From the IMG/VR virus record IMGVR_UViG_3300044742_000342, positions 1-58,875 of that record: a DNA stretch of 58,875 nucleotides, one strand, 5' to 3'. Positions 36,902-46,620 of the stretch are shown here, piece after piece; positions within the stretch are counted from its first letter, which is position 1, and each line of letters begins with the position of its first letter. Both the position numbers and the translations under genes were made by a program. Source of the DNA: a virus (Duplodnaviria; Caudoviricetes). The notes beneath the pieces were generated by a model. That model was not told where the DNA came from. It did no database searches and was given only the letters and a program-made list of their open reading frames with translations.

Positions 36902-39510
36902 TAGTTAGTTACCCTCACGATCTGGGTTAGATTTCCGCGATCAGTAATAACATTGGTAATTCCCACGTCATTCTTGGATCCTACCCCTGCGCCTTTGACC
37001 GTGATGATTGTTCCGGAGAACACGCCATCGATTGTGATATCGGTTAGCTCCATAGAATAACGTCGAGTTCCGCCAGGCGGAATATATGTGACTGACCCAG
37101 TGAATGTCGCTGGTCCTGTCAGGAGGGAAGCTGACGCGATGAACTGTGGAGTGACTGTAACAACCGATCCGGCAAGCGTTGCGGTTCCCACAACGAAGTC
37201 GCCGAATGCATCGTAGATTGGAGCTGTGAATGTTACCGAGCCGCTGATCTGAACCGCTGAGCCGAGCACATTGACAGAGCCGAGAAACACGCCTGACGCA
37301 AAGATGGCTGATCCTGCAAGCTCAACAATACCGGCAGTTAATGAGCCTGACGCTGTGTAAGTAGGTGCCGTGAAGGCACTGCTTCCAGAGAGTGCCGTGG
37401 CAGCAACGACTAGAGTTCCTACTCCGGTATAGGTAGGTAACGTGAACGAGGCGCTGATAGATGTCGTGGATGCGGCAACAATTAGATTTCCGGAAGCCGC
37501 AAATTCAGGACCTCCAAATGACACCAACCCAGCCAAGCCTGCTGTACCCACCACAAGACTGGCCGACCCTGTATACACGGGCGCTGTAAATGACGCCGAC
37601 CCAGTCAGCTGAGAAACTGGTGCAACAATAGCGGCCTCTGCCACATTGAAGGCCGAGAATGTAGCATTTCCAGAGTAAGTTGCAGCGGCGATTGTCATCG
37701 CCCCTGAAGCCGTATAAACAGGTGATGTGAAAGTAGCAGAACCAGCAAGAACCGTAACCGGCGAGATCAGTGAGGCTGTTCCCGTGTAGCTAGGTGCCGT
37801 AAAGACCGCAGAACCTGATAATGCAACAGGAGACGCCACCAGGCTACCAGAGGCTGTAAACGCGTCGAAAAATGTTCCTGTCACGGTAGTCGTAACCGGT
37901 CCGACCACGAGGGCAGCTGACCCCGTGTATATTGGGGCAGTAAAGGCGGCTGAAGAAGCAAGAACTGTCGGCGATATTAACAAAGCTGCTGACGCTGTGT
38001 AGGTTGGTACAGTGAAGATTGCCGTACCAGCAAGCGATGTCGTACCGGCGAGTAGAGCACCTGAAGCTGTGTAGATCGGCGAAGTAAATACTGCGGTTGA
38101 CGCGGAAGTTGTCGGTGCGATTAACAGACTTGCTGTGCCGGAATAGATCGGAGCCGTGAATGTCGCTGTGGAAGCGGACGTTGCCGGCGCGATCGACAGA
38201 GCGGCCGTCGCGGAATACACCGGCGCGGTGAACGTGGCGGTGCCTGCTGATGTGGCAGGCGCAACCGCAAGTGCTCCACTGGCCGTATAGATCGGCGCGG
38301 TGAATGTTGCTGTCGATTCTGATGTGGCCGGTGCGGCAGCCAGCGCTGCGCTGGCCGTGTAGGTCGGCGCGGTGAACGTCGCGGTGCCGCTGAAGGTTGT
38401 CGGCGCCACCGAAAGCGCGGCCGATGCGACAGTGACGTCCTGGAGTGCGAAGATTCCCCACTCGCCCAGCGTGAATGTTCCCCACTCCGCCAGGGTGAAC
38501 ATCGCCCAGTTCAGCTGCGTGACCAGCTCAGCCGTTCCCGCTGCGGTCGCCGGTCCGATCGATACCGCGATGGCTCCGCTGTAGACCGGCGCGGTGAATG
38601 TCGCTGTCGATTCTGATGTGGCCGGTGCGGCAGCGAGTGCTCCGCTGGCGGTATAGACCGGGGCGGTGAAGGTGCCGGTGAGCGATGACGTGGCCGGTGC
38701 TGCTGATACTGCGCCGGTGGCGCTGTAGGTCGGCACGGTGAACGTTGCCGTAACCGACGTTGTCGCAGGTCCTGTCGAGCTGGCGATCGAGCCGGTGAAC
38801 GGCACCACGCCCTGCACCACCCACTTGCACGCGCCGGTTTCCGCGGCTGAGATCGTCCCGGTCATGCGCAGGGTGGCCGTCGCTCCGGTGGTGACCAACC
38901 GGTGGCCCAGGTCACCGGACATATCATCGCCGGTGGTCGAGCTGAAATGCGTCGCCGGGGATTCGACGTAGTTGCCGTTCCAGGTGATGGCGCCCGCTGA
39001 ATCGTCAATGCCCGACGTCGGCCGGGTCATGGTGGCCGAGTCGTCGCGAATGCCGATGAGCCCGATCACCACACCACCCGAAGGGACTGCAACCGTGCTG
39101 CTGGCCGAGACAGTCTGGCTGCTGGTGGTCCAGTTGGTCATCGCGGCGGTGACCGTCAGCGGCGTGGTCCAGTTGTCGCTCGCCGCCTTCTGCCAGAGCA
39201 TGATGACGGCGTGGCCTTCAGTAGGATTCGCTGACCAATCGATCGTCGGCGCAGTATCCCCCGATTGCCAGTCCCGATACCAGGCCATCACCTTGACCGA
39301 GCCCGTGCCGTTGCCGGTGGCCACGGCGCCGTCGGTGAACTCCGTTCCGATGGGGATCCAGTCGCTGGGGTCGAGGACGGTGACGGAGAAGGTCTTCCAG
39401 GTGGCGAACAGGAACATACGGTCACCGGCAGCCGGTGAGCCGGGAATGGCGACCGTCCCGTCTACGACAAGTCGCGCCCAGGTCCCTGCGGTTTTGAGGC
39501 TGATGGCCAT
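36901..39510 (-). CDS. Large Ala/Thr/Ser-rich repeat protein (virion fibre-like)
   Basis: Many ~25-aa repeats of type ATFTAPxYTASGALxxAPATS. Confidence 0.75.
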   Translation of the reverse strand: MAISLKTAGTWARLVVDGTVAIPGSPAAGDRMFLFATWKTFSVTVLDPSDWIPIGTEFTDGAVATGNGTGSVKVMAWYRDWQSGDTAPTIDWSANPTEGHAVIMLWQKAASDNWTTPLTVTAAMTNWTTSSQTVSASSTVAVPSGGVVIGLIGIRDDSATMTRPTSGIDDSAGAITWNGNYVESPATHFSSTTGDDMSGDLGHRLVTTGATATLRMTGTISAAETGACKWVVQGVVPFTGSIASSTGPATTSVTATFTVPTYSATGAVSAAPATSSLTGTFTAPVYTASGALAAAPATSESTATFTAPVYSGAIAVSIGPATAAGTAELVTQLNWAMFTLAEWGTFTLGEWGIFALQDVTVASAALSVAPTTFSGTATFTAPTYTASAALAAAPATSESTATFTAPIYTASGALAVAPATSAGTATFTAPVYSATAALSIAPATSASTATFTAPIYSGTASLLIAPTTSASTAVFTSPIYTASGALLAGTTSLAGTAIFTVPTYTASAALLISPTVLASSAAFTAPIYTGSAALVVGPVTTTVTGTFFDAFTASGSLVASPVALSGSAVFTAPSYTGTASLISPVTVLAGSATFTSPVYTASGAMTIAAATYSGNATFSAFNVAEAAIVAPVSQLTGSASFTAPVYTGSASLVVGTAGLAGLVSFGGPEFAASGNLIVAASTTSISASFTLPTYTGVGTLVVAATALSGSSAFTAPTYTASGSLTAGIVELAGSAIFASGVFLGSVNVLGSAVQISGSVTFTAPIYDAFGDFVVGTATLAGSVVTVTPQFIASASLLTGPATFTGSVTYIPPGGTRRYSMELTDITIDGVFSGTIITVKGAGVGSKNDVGITNVITDRGNLTQIVRVTN
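37130..38780 (-). repeat. Degenerate ~75-bp coding tandem repeats
   Basis: e.g. 38293-38340 and 38587-38634 differ at one base. Confidence 0.8.
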
Positions 39511-39517
39511 TTAATGC

Positions 39518-40864
39518 TCAGAGATTCAGAGACTGCCACACCCGGTCCCACTTACTGTCCCCGCCGTGATATTTGAAGCTGATGTAGTCGGTTTTGGCAG
39601 CCGTTGTAGTGAGCGTCGGTGTAACTCCAGCGTTGAAGCGGAACGCGCTACCCCAGGTGATCAGTCGAGTGCCCGTTCCATCCTGGCGAATCCGGTAGGT
39701 GATGACCTTGCCGTCCACGGGGTTGGTGGGATTGTCCATGGTGCGATCGCCGCCCAGCGTGACCGTGAAGGTGCTGGCCAAGGCTGCATTGGTGGCGATG
39801 TTGGCACCGTCGGTCAGAGCGAAGACATCAGGCCAGGTGGTCTCCAGGGGCGACCGCTTCCAGGTGTTGGTGGCGGTGCAGACGTAGATGTAACTGGTGT
39901 CCCAGCAGATTTCCCCCCCTGTACCCGATGCACCAGCCGACGCGGGCGTTTTGCTGTTGACGATCTGGATGGTGTTATTCGCGATCAGCTTAAACGTGTC
40001 CGTTCCAGACACCACGAGCGTGTGCGCACTGGCGTCAAACACCAGCGCCTTGTACGCCGATCCGCCGCGATCGTAGGAGAGGAACTGATTCGCATTGGCT
40101 CCGGCGTTGTAGAACAGCTCAAGTCCGACTCCGGTGGCGAACGTACCGCTCCCGCCGCTGAACCGCACACCGTCCTTGATGTCCACTCCGCCCGCCGCCT
40201 GAATGTCGATCTTGACCGTACCCGAGCGCGAGAACTGCGTTGAGAGTGCGTCGAACGCCAGTGCCAGGTAAGCCGAGCCCGTCCGGTTGTAGCTCAGGAG
40301 TGTCGTGGTGGAAGCACCGGCGTTGTAGAACAGCTCGCCCCCGGAACCGGTGACTCCGGTGGAGGTCCCGCGCACGGTGACGCCCGCACCGGAAACAATG
40401 TCCGACGCGGAAGTAAGCAAACCGGTACTGCTCAGTGTCAGCACTGTCGCGTAGGCACCAACGCCCACGGAGTATCTAAATAGCAGATTCCCGGTCGGTG
40501 CCGCAGCCCCCTGATCGGGAAGCACCTCGGCGATGAAATTGACGGCCTGAGCAGCGGCGGTGGCGTCGGTTTTCCATCCGCTGCCTCTCCAGCGAAGTCG
40601 TGGGCTGATCTGTTGTGCACCCGCAGCAGCAACACCGGAAGTTGATAGGGCGAGTCCGTCGGTGCTGGAAGTCCCAAAACCAGCCGATGGAATCACGAAG
40701 ATCTGACGAGGCGTCAGGACTAGCTGGGCGAATGCTTCATCCACGTCGGCCTCACCGCTGATTCCGCAAACGAAATCAGCCAGCTTGGTGAAGTCGGCAT
40801 CGAGGCCAACTCCACCGGCACCGGTGGGCGTACCATGAATTGTCAGACCCTTGTAGGTTGCCAT
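39518..40864 (-). CDS. Fibre-like virion protein
   Basis: Internal duplication ELFYNAGA...LSY-x-R-x-GSAY; C-terminal TLGGDRT...QDGTG-x-R-x-x-TW fibre-type domain. Confidence 0.65.
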   Translation of the reverse strand: MATYKGLTIHGTPTGAGGVGLDADFTKLADFVCGISGEADVDEAFAQLVLTPRQIFVIPSAGFGTSSTDGLALSTSGVAAAGAQQISPRLRWRGSGWKTDATAAAQAVNFIAEVLPDQGAAAPTGNLLFRYSVGVGAYATVLTLSSTGLLTSASDIVSGAGVTVRGTSTGVTGSGGELFYNAGASTTTLLSYNRTGSAYLALAFDALSTQFSRSGTVKIDIQAAGGVDIKDGVRFSGGSGTFATGVGLELFYNAGANANQFLSYDRGGSAYKALVFDASAHTLVVSGTDTFKLIANNTIQIVNSKTPASAGASGTGGEICWDTSYIYVCTATNTWKRSPLETTWPDVFALTDGANIATNAALASTFTVTLGGDRTMDNPTNPVDGKVITYRIRQDGTGTRLITWGSAFRFNAGVTPTLTTTAAKTDYISFKYHGGDSKWDRVWQSLNL

Positions 40865-40876
40865 GGGAGAGGGGTC

Positions 40877-41296
40877 CTAGAGCTTGTCAGCAGTGATGGG
40901 CTCGCGGTCCAACGCCAGCTCCTTCACGTGCCAGAGCAGGTGGAAGGCGCAGTTGCGTAAGGAGATATCGGTGATCGCCTCGAATATCGTAGCGAACGTC
41001 TCGATTTCGTCATCCCAGGGGATGTACTCGTCCAGCGCCTTGGCGATCGGCGCGTCGAGTGGAATCATCATTGGAGCCGGACGAGTCCTTCCTTCTTTGT
41101 CGGTGATCTCACCCACCGGATGAGGCTCACCAACACCAGTGGAGTCGGGCTGTGTCCACCACCCTTCTGCGCACTTATAGCAGGTGTCCAGCGCTGACCG
41201 AAGCCTTGATTCTGGATCCACTTTTCCGATCAGGACCTTATAGTTCTTCAGCTTCTCGTTGGTCAGAGGGGGTGCAAATGATCCACCAATTCTCAT
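40877..41296 (-). CDS. Hypothetical protein
   Basis: GGAG RBS; in operon. Confidence 0.7.
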   Translation of the reverse strand: MRIGGSFAPPLTNEKLKNYKVLIGKVDPESRLRSALDTCYKCAEGWWTQPDSTGVGEPHPVGEITDKEGRTRPAPMMIPLDAPIAKALDEYIPWDDEIETFATIFEAITDISLRNCAFHLLWHVKELALDREPITADKL

Positions 41297-41333
41297 GGTT
41301 TCTCCTAAAAAGGTTGGCAGGACAAATCAGCGG

Positions 41334-41756
41334 CTAGCTGATTGGTACCGTAACAGTCATCGCGCTAATGGCAATAGTTCCACCAGCCACAATCACGTTA
41401 TTGTTGAAGACGAGGTCGGTGCTGGCAGTACCGGAGTTGCCCTGGCATAGAGCAGCTGTGTCACCCCCAGCTCCAGTATAGATGCGAAAATAGCCAGCGG
41501 TCCCTGAGGCGTCGGCGTTGGTGTCGCTGCCGATGGCGTTGGCGGTTGCCACGCCCGTGGCCGCTGAACCAAAAGCGGGATTGGCAAACAAATTGGTACC
41601 GAGCAGGGTACCGCTGCTGGCATCATTGACATTGGTCGGCTGAGTGCCAGTCCGATGCTCAAGCCGCCCTGGAGGAGTACCACCATCGACTGCGTCCACA
41701 ATGCCGTCACAAGCACCATTACGCATTGTAGTACCAAGTTTGAAGAGCAACGCCAT
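41334..41756 (-). CDS. Putative virion structural protein
   Basis: RN-x-x-x-D, GTQP, GTAGYFRI, GGTIAIS: common small phage structural pattern. Confidence 0.65.
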   Translation of the reverse strand: MALLFKLGTTMRNGACDGIVDAVDGGTPPGRLEHRTGTQPTNVNDASSGTLLGTNLFANPAFGSAATGVATANAIGSDTNADASGTAGYFRIYTGAGGDTAALCQGNSGTASTDLVFNNNVIVAGGTIAISAMTVTVPIS

Positions 41757-41827
41757 ATATGACTCCTAGTTTGAGGAAGGGGGAGGCCACTTTCTGGAGA
41801 AGAGGCTCTAGATCCAATTAGTTCTTA

Positions 41828-43513
41828 TTATTGAAGTGCTGCCTTTGCTGCCGCAACCTTCGCGGTCAGGTCCCTGACCTGCACTTCCAGCTGCATGATC
41901 TTCGCGTCCTTGACTCCGCCCGCCTGCTGAGCCGCCACTAAGTCGGCCTGAGCCTTGGCAAGCTGCACCTTAAGCGAGGCTATATCATCGGTGGGGGGCG
42001 GCACAGTCTTGATCTTTAGATCATTCTCCGGCGCTGTCGTATTCGGATCGCCCGCCACGCGGACTCTGACTGATCCCGTAGCCCCGCCCGTTGATGCAAT
42101 CGCTACGTTGTATTCCCACCCCGGATGCCCGCCAATCAGCACCACCGACTTGTCCGGCGTCTGGCCGATGAGCTTGACCGGATCGGCACCGCTCGAGGTC
42201 TTGGCCGAGATTGCGTAGGGTCCGGCGCTGGCCGTTGACCAGACCAGCGCCAGCGAGCCGTCCGCGTTGGGGGTTGCCGCCACGGTGATGATCTGAACGG
42301 GGGGCTGTTGACCTGTTCGCGGCACTGGTCGCGGGCGGTTGATGTCCCACGTCAAGGCGACGTTCGGGCCGTTGTTCTGGATGTCCGAATGCGCTCCGAC
42401 GCGGGTATTGTTCCCAGGCAGCGGCATGTTGACGATCCGGTTATTCTTGACCTCGCCGCTGGCCCGCGTTCCGTTGATCGGGATCGATAGATTACCGGCG
42501 CCGTCGGGCGAGACGTTCGGGCCGTTGCCGATTATGTAGTTGTCGATGATCTTCTGACGACACCCGCCGCCCTCGCAAGCGACGCGCATCGTTCCGATGT
42601 TCACGCCAGCGGGCAGGCGGCAGTCGATGAAGTTCCGCTGAATGATTTCGTCAACGGATCGCGCGCTTACAATGCTGTAAGCCCAGTTGTCGCCGTTGGC
42701 CTGCGGGTCATTTCCGAACGGGCTGGACTGTTCAAAATAGTTGTCCTCGATCTTGCAGGCTACGTCGCCGTCCTGCTTCTCAATCGCCATGCCGCGAACG
42801 GCTTTGAAGTGGTTGTGATGAATCCAAAGGTCACGCGCCCAGAGCTTCGCGGTGTTGTCGCCGCCTTCAGGGAACGTCGCCTGCTGATCCGCCCCTTCGC
42901 CGAAAATCTTGATGCATCGGCCCCACGATGCTGGCTTGGCCGGGTTGACCGTGTTGAAAAACTGGTTGTACGCAATCTCGACATTTCGGTAGGGCTGTGC
43001 CCCAACGTCGCGCCCGTAAAAGTAAATCCCCGCCCATGGTTCGATGGGGTCGAACACGTTATCGGTGATCTTGCAATCGACGAACCCGCCGCTGCTGTTG
43101 GAACCGATGACCGCCCATTGGCCGACGCCGAATGGCGTACCCGGTTGATTCCGCCCCATGAAGCGATTGCCGACGATCCGCCAGCCGGTCGGATGGAAGT
43201 TATCGAAGCTGCCGACAAGCAACCCCTCGCAGGTGATCCCGGTTATCGTGACGTTGTTCCCGCCCGGCTTCGCGAGGAATGCGTAGGCGTTGTCGCTGGA
43301 CCGGAAGTAACCCGTGATGGTCAACGGCTTGTTGATCGGCACGTTCGTACAGAACGGCACGAGCAATCCGACCTTAACGCCGTTGATCGTATCGCCGGGC
43401 TGCGCGGACTGGACGGCGGCGGCGACGGAATCGCCGGGGTTGACATTGATCGTCGCCGAGCGAGCCTCGCCGGTGATAACCACTATGATCAGTGCGAAGA
43501 GTAGTTTGGTCAT
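41828..43513 (-). CDS. Exported right-handed beta-helix (pectin-lyase-like) protein with C-terminal coiled coil
   Basis: Signal peptide ending A-x-S/A; PGDTI; I-x-x-N-x-F repeats. Confidence 0.75.
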   Translation of the reverse strand: MTKLLFALIIVVITGEARSATINVNPGDSVAAAVQSAQPGDTINGVKVGLLVPFCTNVPINKPLTITGYFRSSDNAYAFLAKPGGNNVTITGITCEGLLVGSFDNFHPTGWRIVGNRFMGRNQPGTPFGVGQWAVIGSNSSGGFVDCKITDNVFDPIEPWAGIYFYGRDVGAQPYRNVEIAYNQFFNTVNPAKPASWGRCIKIFGEGADQQATFPEGGDNTAKLWARDLWIHHNHFKAVRGMAIEKQDGDVACKIEDNYFEQSSPFGNDPQANGDNWAYSIVSARSVDEIIQRNFIDCRLPAGVNIGTMRVACEGGGCRQKIIDNYIIGNGPNVSPDGAGNLSIPINGTRASGEVKNNRIVNMPLPGNNTRVGAHSDIQNNGPNVALTWDINRPRPVPRTGQQPPVQIITVAATPNADGSLALVWSTASAGPYAISAKTSSGADPVKLIGQTPDKSVVLIGGHPGWEYNVAIASTGGATGSVRVRVAGDPNTTAPENDLKIKTVPPPTDDIASLKVQLAKAQADLVAAQQAGGVKDAKIMQLEVQVRDLTAKVAAAKAALQ

Positions 43514-43893
43514 TTGGTCTCCATTGATGAGCCGTTCTCCATCGGTGCCGACTTCCGCGCAGGCAACCCCGTCGCCAGCGTCGCAGCCACGAGCCGCGCC
43601 CGGAGCGTCTGCAATTCCGCGTCCTCAACCTGCTTTACGGTCGTCGGCGAGTTGTGCTCGGGAACTACCGCAGCGATTGCGGGAACCAGCGGCACGTCAG
43701 GGTTTACGCTCGTCATTTTCGCTACCGTCTCAACCGCCGCCACCGCCTCGTGCGAAATCTCCCGAAACGATTGGGCGCGCGAGCGCTCGCGGGCGGCAAG
43801 GTTTGATTTGATGACCGCGATGTATCCGGCGACCATCGCGGCAATCACACCAGGAGCACCGGCGATCAATGCAATGTAAAGTGCGTCGTGCAT
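43510..43893 (-). CDS. Membrane-anchored protein (lysis cassette candidate)
   Basis: N-terminal hydrophobic segment. Confidence 0.6.
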   Translation of the reverse strand: MHDALYIALIAGAPGVIAAMVAGYIAVIKSNLAARERSRAQSFREISHEAVAAVETVAKMTSVNPDVPLVPAIAAVVPEHNSPTTVKQVEDAELQTLRARLVAATLATGLPARKSAPMENGSSMETK

Positions 43894-43924
43894 TTATGTA
43901 ATCCTATAGGATTCGGCGTCACCA

Positions 43925-44113
43925 TTATACAAGGGGTTTGTTGTCCCCTCCCCAGTACTTAACTGCACCGAACAATCCACCGAGTATGGCAACAGCCACA
44001 AAGCACTTGTACATGATTCTTGGAGCCTCCATGTACTCGATCACCCATAGGAGTGCCATAACCAGAACCACATACATAGCTAGGTACAACATAAATAAAA
44101 AGGCAGTTTTCAT
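43925..44113 (-). CDS. Two-TM membrane protein (holin candidate)
   Basis: 62 aa, two hydrophobic helices, GGAG RBS. Confidence 0.55.
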   Translation of the reverse strand: MKTAFLFMLYLAMYVVLVMALLWVIEYMEAPRIMYKCFVAVAILGGLFGAVKYWGGDNKPLV

Positions 44114-44166
44114 GTCAACTCCAAGTTAGATCGTTAGGGACGCCACTTTCTGGAGATGATGCTCCT

Positions 44167-44607
44167 TTAGCCTGTCTTGAACGGCTGAGCCGCAGTGATG
44201 GCGGCGTTGCACATGCGGATGACGATCTCCTGGATCTGTGACGTCGGTATGAGTGGGTTGGGGTCTTGTAGGTCCACATACTCTTCTACCTCATTAAGCA
44301 GCACCCCCACGATCACGCGGATCTTCGCTCGCTTCTTCGGATCAGTGATCCTGCTGAGCACCAGGTTTTCAATTGTGACGCGGAGGTTACCGCTGCCCAG
44401 GTCGCCGCTGGCCACCATTTTGATAAGGGTGGCGGTCTCGATCACTTGCTGGGCTTTTTCAACCTGCTTGCCTTCGTCGTCCTCCAGGCCGACATAGAGC
44501 AGGACTGCGCTATTGGTGCGTCGCTCGAGGGACTGGCTGGCGCAACCTGTGCTGGCTAGAGCGAACAGAATGAGCATCAGAAAGCAGATGTGATTACGAT
44601 TCGTCAT
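44167..44607 (-). CDS. Lipoprotein
   Basis: Hydrophobic leader ending in LASTG-C lipobox. Confidence 0.7.
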   Translation of the reverse strand: MTNRNHICFLMLILFALASTGCASQSLERRTNSAVLLYVGLEDDEGKQVEKAQQVIETATLIKMVASGDLGSGNLRVTIENLVLSRITDPKKRAKIRVIVGVLLNEVEEYVDLQDPNPLIPTSQIQEIVIRMCNAAITAAQPFKTG

Positions 44608-44637
44608 GAGGCTCCTTTGTTAGTTAGTTGATAGCTG

Positions 44638-45147
44638 CTAATTCCACCCCTGGTTGGTGGCCTGTCTGACAAGCAGCTCATTTACGCGAGGCAAATTGCA
44701 AAACTCGCCGTGTCCAGCCGCCACTGTCTCGTCGATCGGATAAGTATCGACTGGGCCGTCGTAGGCCCGTATGATACCGGCGCTACAGGGAAAGATCAGG
44801 TTCATGGGGAAGGGCCGATGAATTGACTTGCAGTTAGGACGGAGTACCTTGGCGTAGATTAGGGTAATGCCACCTATGACACTCTCCTTGTCCACATAAT
44901 CCTCTACGAGACAAGACTCGATCCCTGGGTTTTGATTGTACTCCTCAATCACCTTGTCAGCGCCGAAGCTGTGACCGATCATGCACTTACACTTGAGCCC
45001 CGGCGGTATCGCCGTGTAGGGCACCTGCAGGCTCACGATACCGAAGTTCTTGAGAAACTCGGCCATCGGTTTGTGCGGAAACTCCGGCGAGTCGCCGAAC
45101 CGGTGACCGCTCACGAACACGAAGAGATTAGAGGAGGGGTCGGGCAT
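44638..45147 (-). CDS. Small alpha/beta hydrolase (esterase-like)
   Basis: IGHSFGA nucleophile elbow; late His (AGHGE). Confidence 0.7.
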   Translation of the reverse strand: MPDPSSNLFVFVSGHRFGDSPEFPHKPMAEFLKNFGIVSLQVPYTAIPPGLKCKCMIGHSFGADKVIEEYNQNPGIESCLVEDYVDKESVIGGITLIYAKVLRPNCKSIHRPFPMNLIFPCSAGIIRAYDGPVDTYPIDETVAAGHGEFCNLPRVNELLVRQATNQGWN

Positions 45148-45153
45148 AGGTGG

Positions 45154-45276
45154 TTAGCGATGGCGCCGCTTCTTGATCCTGCTCATGGTTCCATAGATGT
45201 ATGCAGCTCTTCGCCTGCCTTTGAGGCCTTTCTTGGCGGCGGAGCGAGAGAGCTTTCTATGTAGGGCTTTTGGCAT
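45154..45276 (-). CDS. 40-aa highly basic protein
   Basis: MPKALHRKLSRSAAKKGLKGRRRAAYIYGTMSRIKKRRHR; TGATG coupling; below the ORF-track cutoff. Confidence 0.7.
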   Translation of the reverse strand: MPKALHRKLSRSAAKKGLKGRRRAAYIYGTMSRIKKRRHR

Positions 45277-45920
45277 CAGGAGTGCCCTTCGTCCTTAGAA
45301 GAAGAGGGAGGCGATGAGAAATGGCCTTGGCACCGCAGAAGAAGGCGAGGTTCGGGCTGAGGCCTGTCTGATCGGAGGGGAGGCTTGGGCCATTCGGTAC
45401 GCCCCCATAGGACAAGTTTGCGGAAGGACTTGGTGTCAATAACGGCGTCGAAGGACTCGTTCTGGATGATATGGTATAGAGTACGGCCTGGACTGGGGAT
45501 TTCAGGCAGTCCGTCCTCTAGGATCCGAGGTTCGGTGGGATCACGCAAGGTAGAAGACAGGAGGCGGCGATCGCGGCGGAAATCAAGGATCACGTCCTCG
45601 GGAAGGCGGCTGTCCCAGCGGTGCCCCGTCATGATCATGGAAAGAATGGGCTGAGAGCCGGCTTTGAGATGGAAGGAGAGATGGAGAAGAGCCAGAGCTC
45701 GGCGTAGATCGGGATTCTTCGTAGGCTCCTTCTCGAAGGAGGCTAGCTCATGCCAGCTATGGCCCGAGGGATGGTCCTGGAGGCTGATGGACTCCTTGAT
45801 TATGATTGTAATGTTGGGCAGGGGCAAATTGGAGGAGGCGCGCACCCTTGGTGAGTCTTGAGGATCAGGATGAGGATCAGGACGAGAAAGCGGAGAGGTT
45901 AGTTCATGGGGGTTGGACAT
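45276..45920 (-). CDS. Hypothetical protein
   Basis: Long ORF in operon. Confidence 0.6.
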   Translation of the reverse strand: MSNPHELTSPLSRPDPHPDPQDSPRVRASSNLPLPNITIIIKESISLQDHPSGHSWHELASFEKEPTKNPDLRRALALLHLSFHLKAGSQPILSMIMTGHRWDSRLPEDVILDFRRDRRLLSSTLRDPTEPRILEDGLPEIPSPGRTLYHIIQNESFDAVIDTKSFRKLVLWGRTEWPKPPLRSDRPQPEPRLLLRCQGHFSSPPSSSKDEGHS

Positions 45921-46615
45921 AGCGTGATCTGATCGGGTTGAACAGGCATCTCGAGTATACGCCCGAGGAGGGGAAACTCGAGTACCAGATTGCCGGGGCC
46001 ATCATTATTGCTTAGATGACGGCGAAGCGAGCCGGCTATCTCTGGGAGAGATGTCAAATTGGCTTGCCGCCCGTCGTAATTAAATGGCGGAGGCGGAGGC
46101 GGCTGACCGGGCTGACCGGGCTGACCGGGCTGATTGGGTTGTCCTTCGCTTGACGGGGATCGGGTAGATTGATCACAGGCTTCCCAAATTGCGATAAGTT
46201 CGCCGCGGAGCTGAGATTGGAGTTCTGTTAGCAGGAAGCCATTGAGCAGGCGGCGATGGATCGGATTACTTTTGATGATGTCGAATGTAGGCTGAAAGGC
46301 CTCCCGGATACTAATCGGTGAGGATTCAATGTCTTGAAGCGGGGTTGGAGGAGCGACGAACATGAGGCCGGGGAAATAGGTGCGTGAGCGTAGATTTCGA
46401 GACAGGGATCGAAATGTGATGATAGGGAGAAAGTAGGGAATCTCGAGAGGGAGGGCTTTGAGATAGAGGGCCAGCTGCCGCTCCATTGATGCTGTGGTCC
46501 GGGCTACAGCCCAAAGGGGTGATGTCGCAGGATGGGAGCCTATCTCTGTAGGCGCGGCTTGAGCTAACGGGTCCGGGGGGAGGGGGTTGATGCTGGATGT
46601 AACTTGCGTCGCGAT
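45899..46615 (-). CDS. NusG/RfaH/UpxY-like transcription antiterminator
   Basis: WAVART-x-x-x-ERQLA...IPYFLP...FPGLMFV (NGN domain) and LVLEFPLLGR-x-x-x-x-x-V (KOW C-terminus). First ATG is at 46486 but the NGN motif begins upstream; start placed at in-frame ATC 46615. Confidence 0.75.
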   Translation of the reverse strand: MATQVTSSINPLPPDPLAQAAPTEIGSHPATSPLWAVARTTASMERQLALYLKALPLEIPYFLPIITFRSLSRNLRSRTYFPGLMFVAPPTPLQDIESSPISIREAFQPTFDIIKSNPIHRRLLNGFLLTELQSQLRGELIAIWEACDQSTRSPSSEGQPNQPGQPGQPGQPPPPPPFNYDGRQANLTSLPEIAGSLRRHLSNNDGPGNLVLEFPLLGRILEMPVQPDQITLCPTPMN

Positions 46616-46620
46616 GGCGA

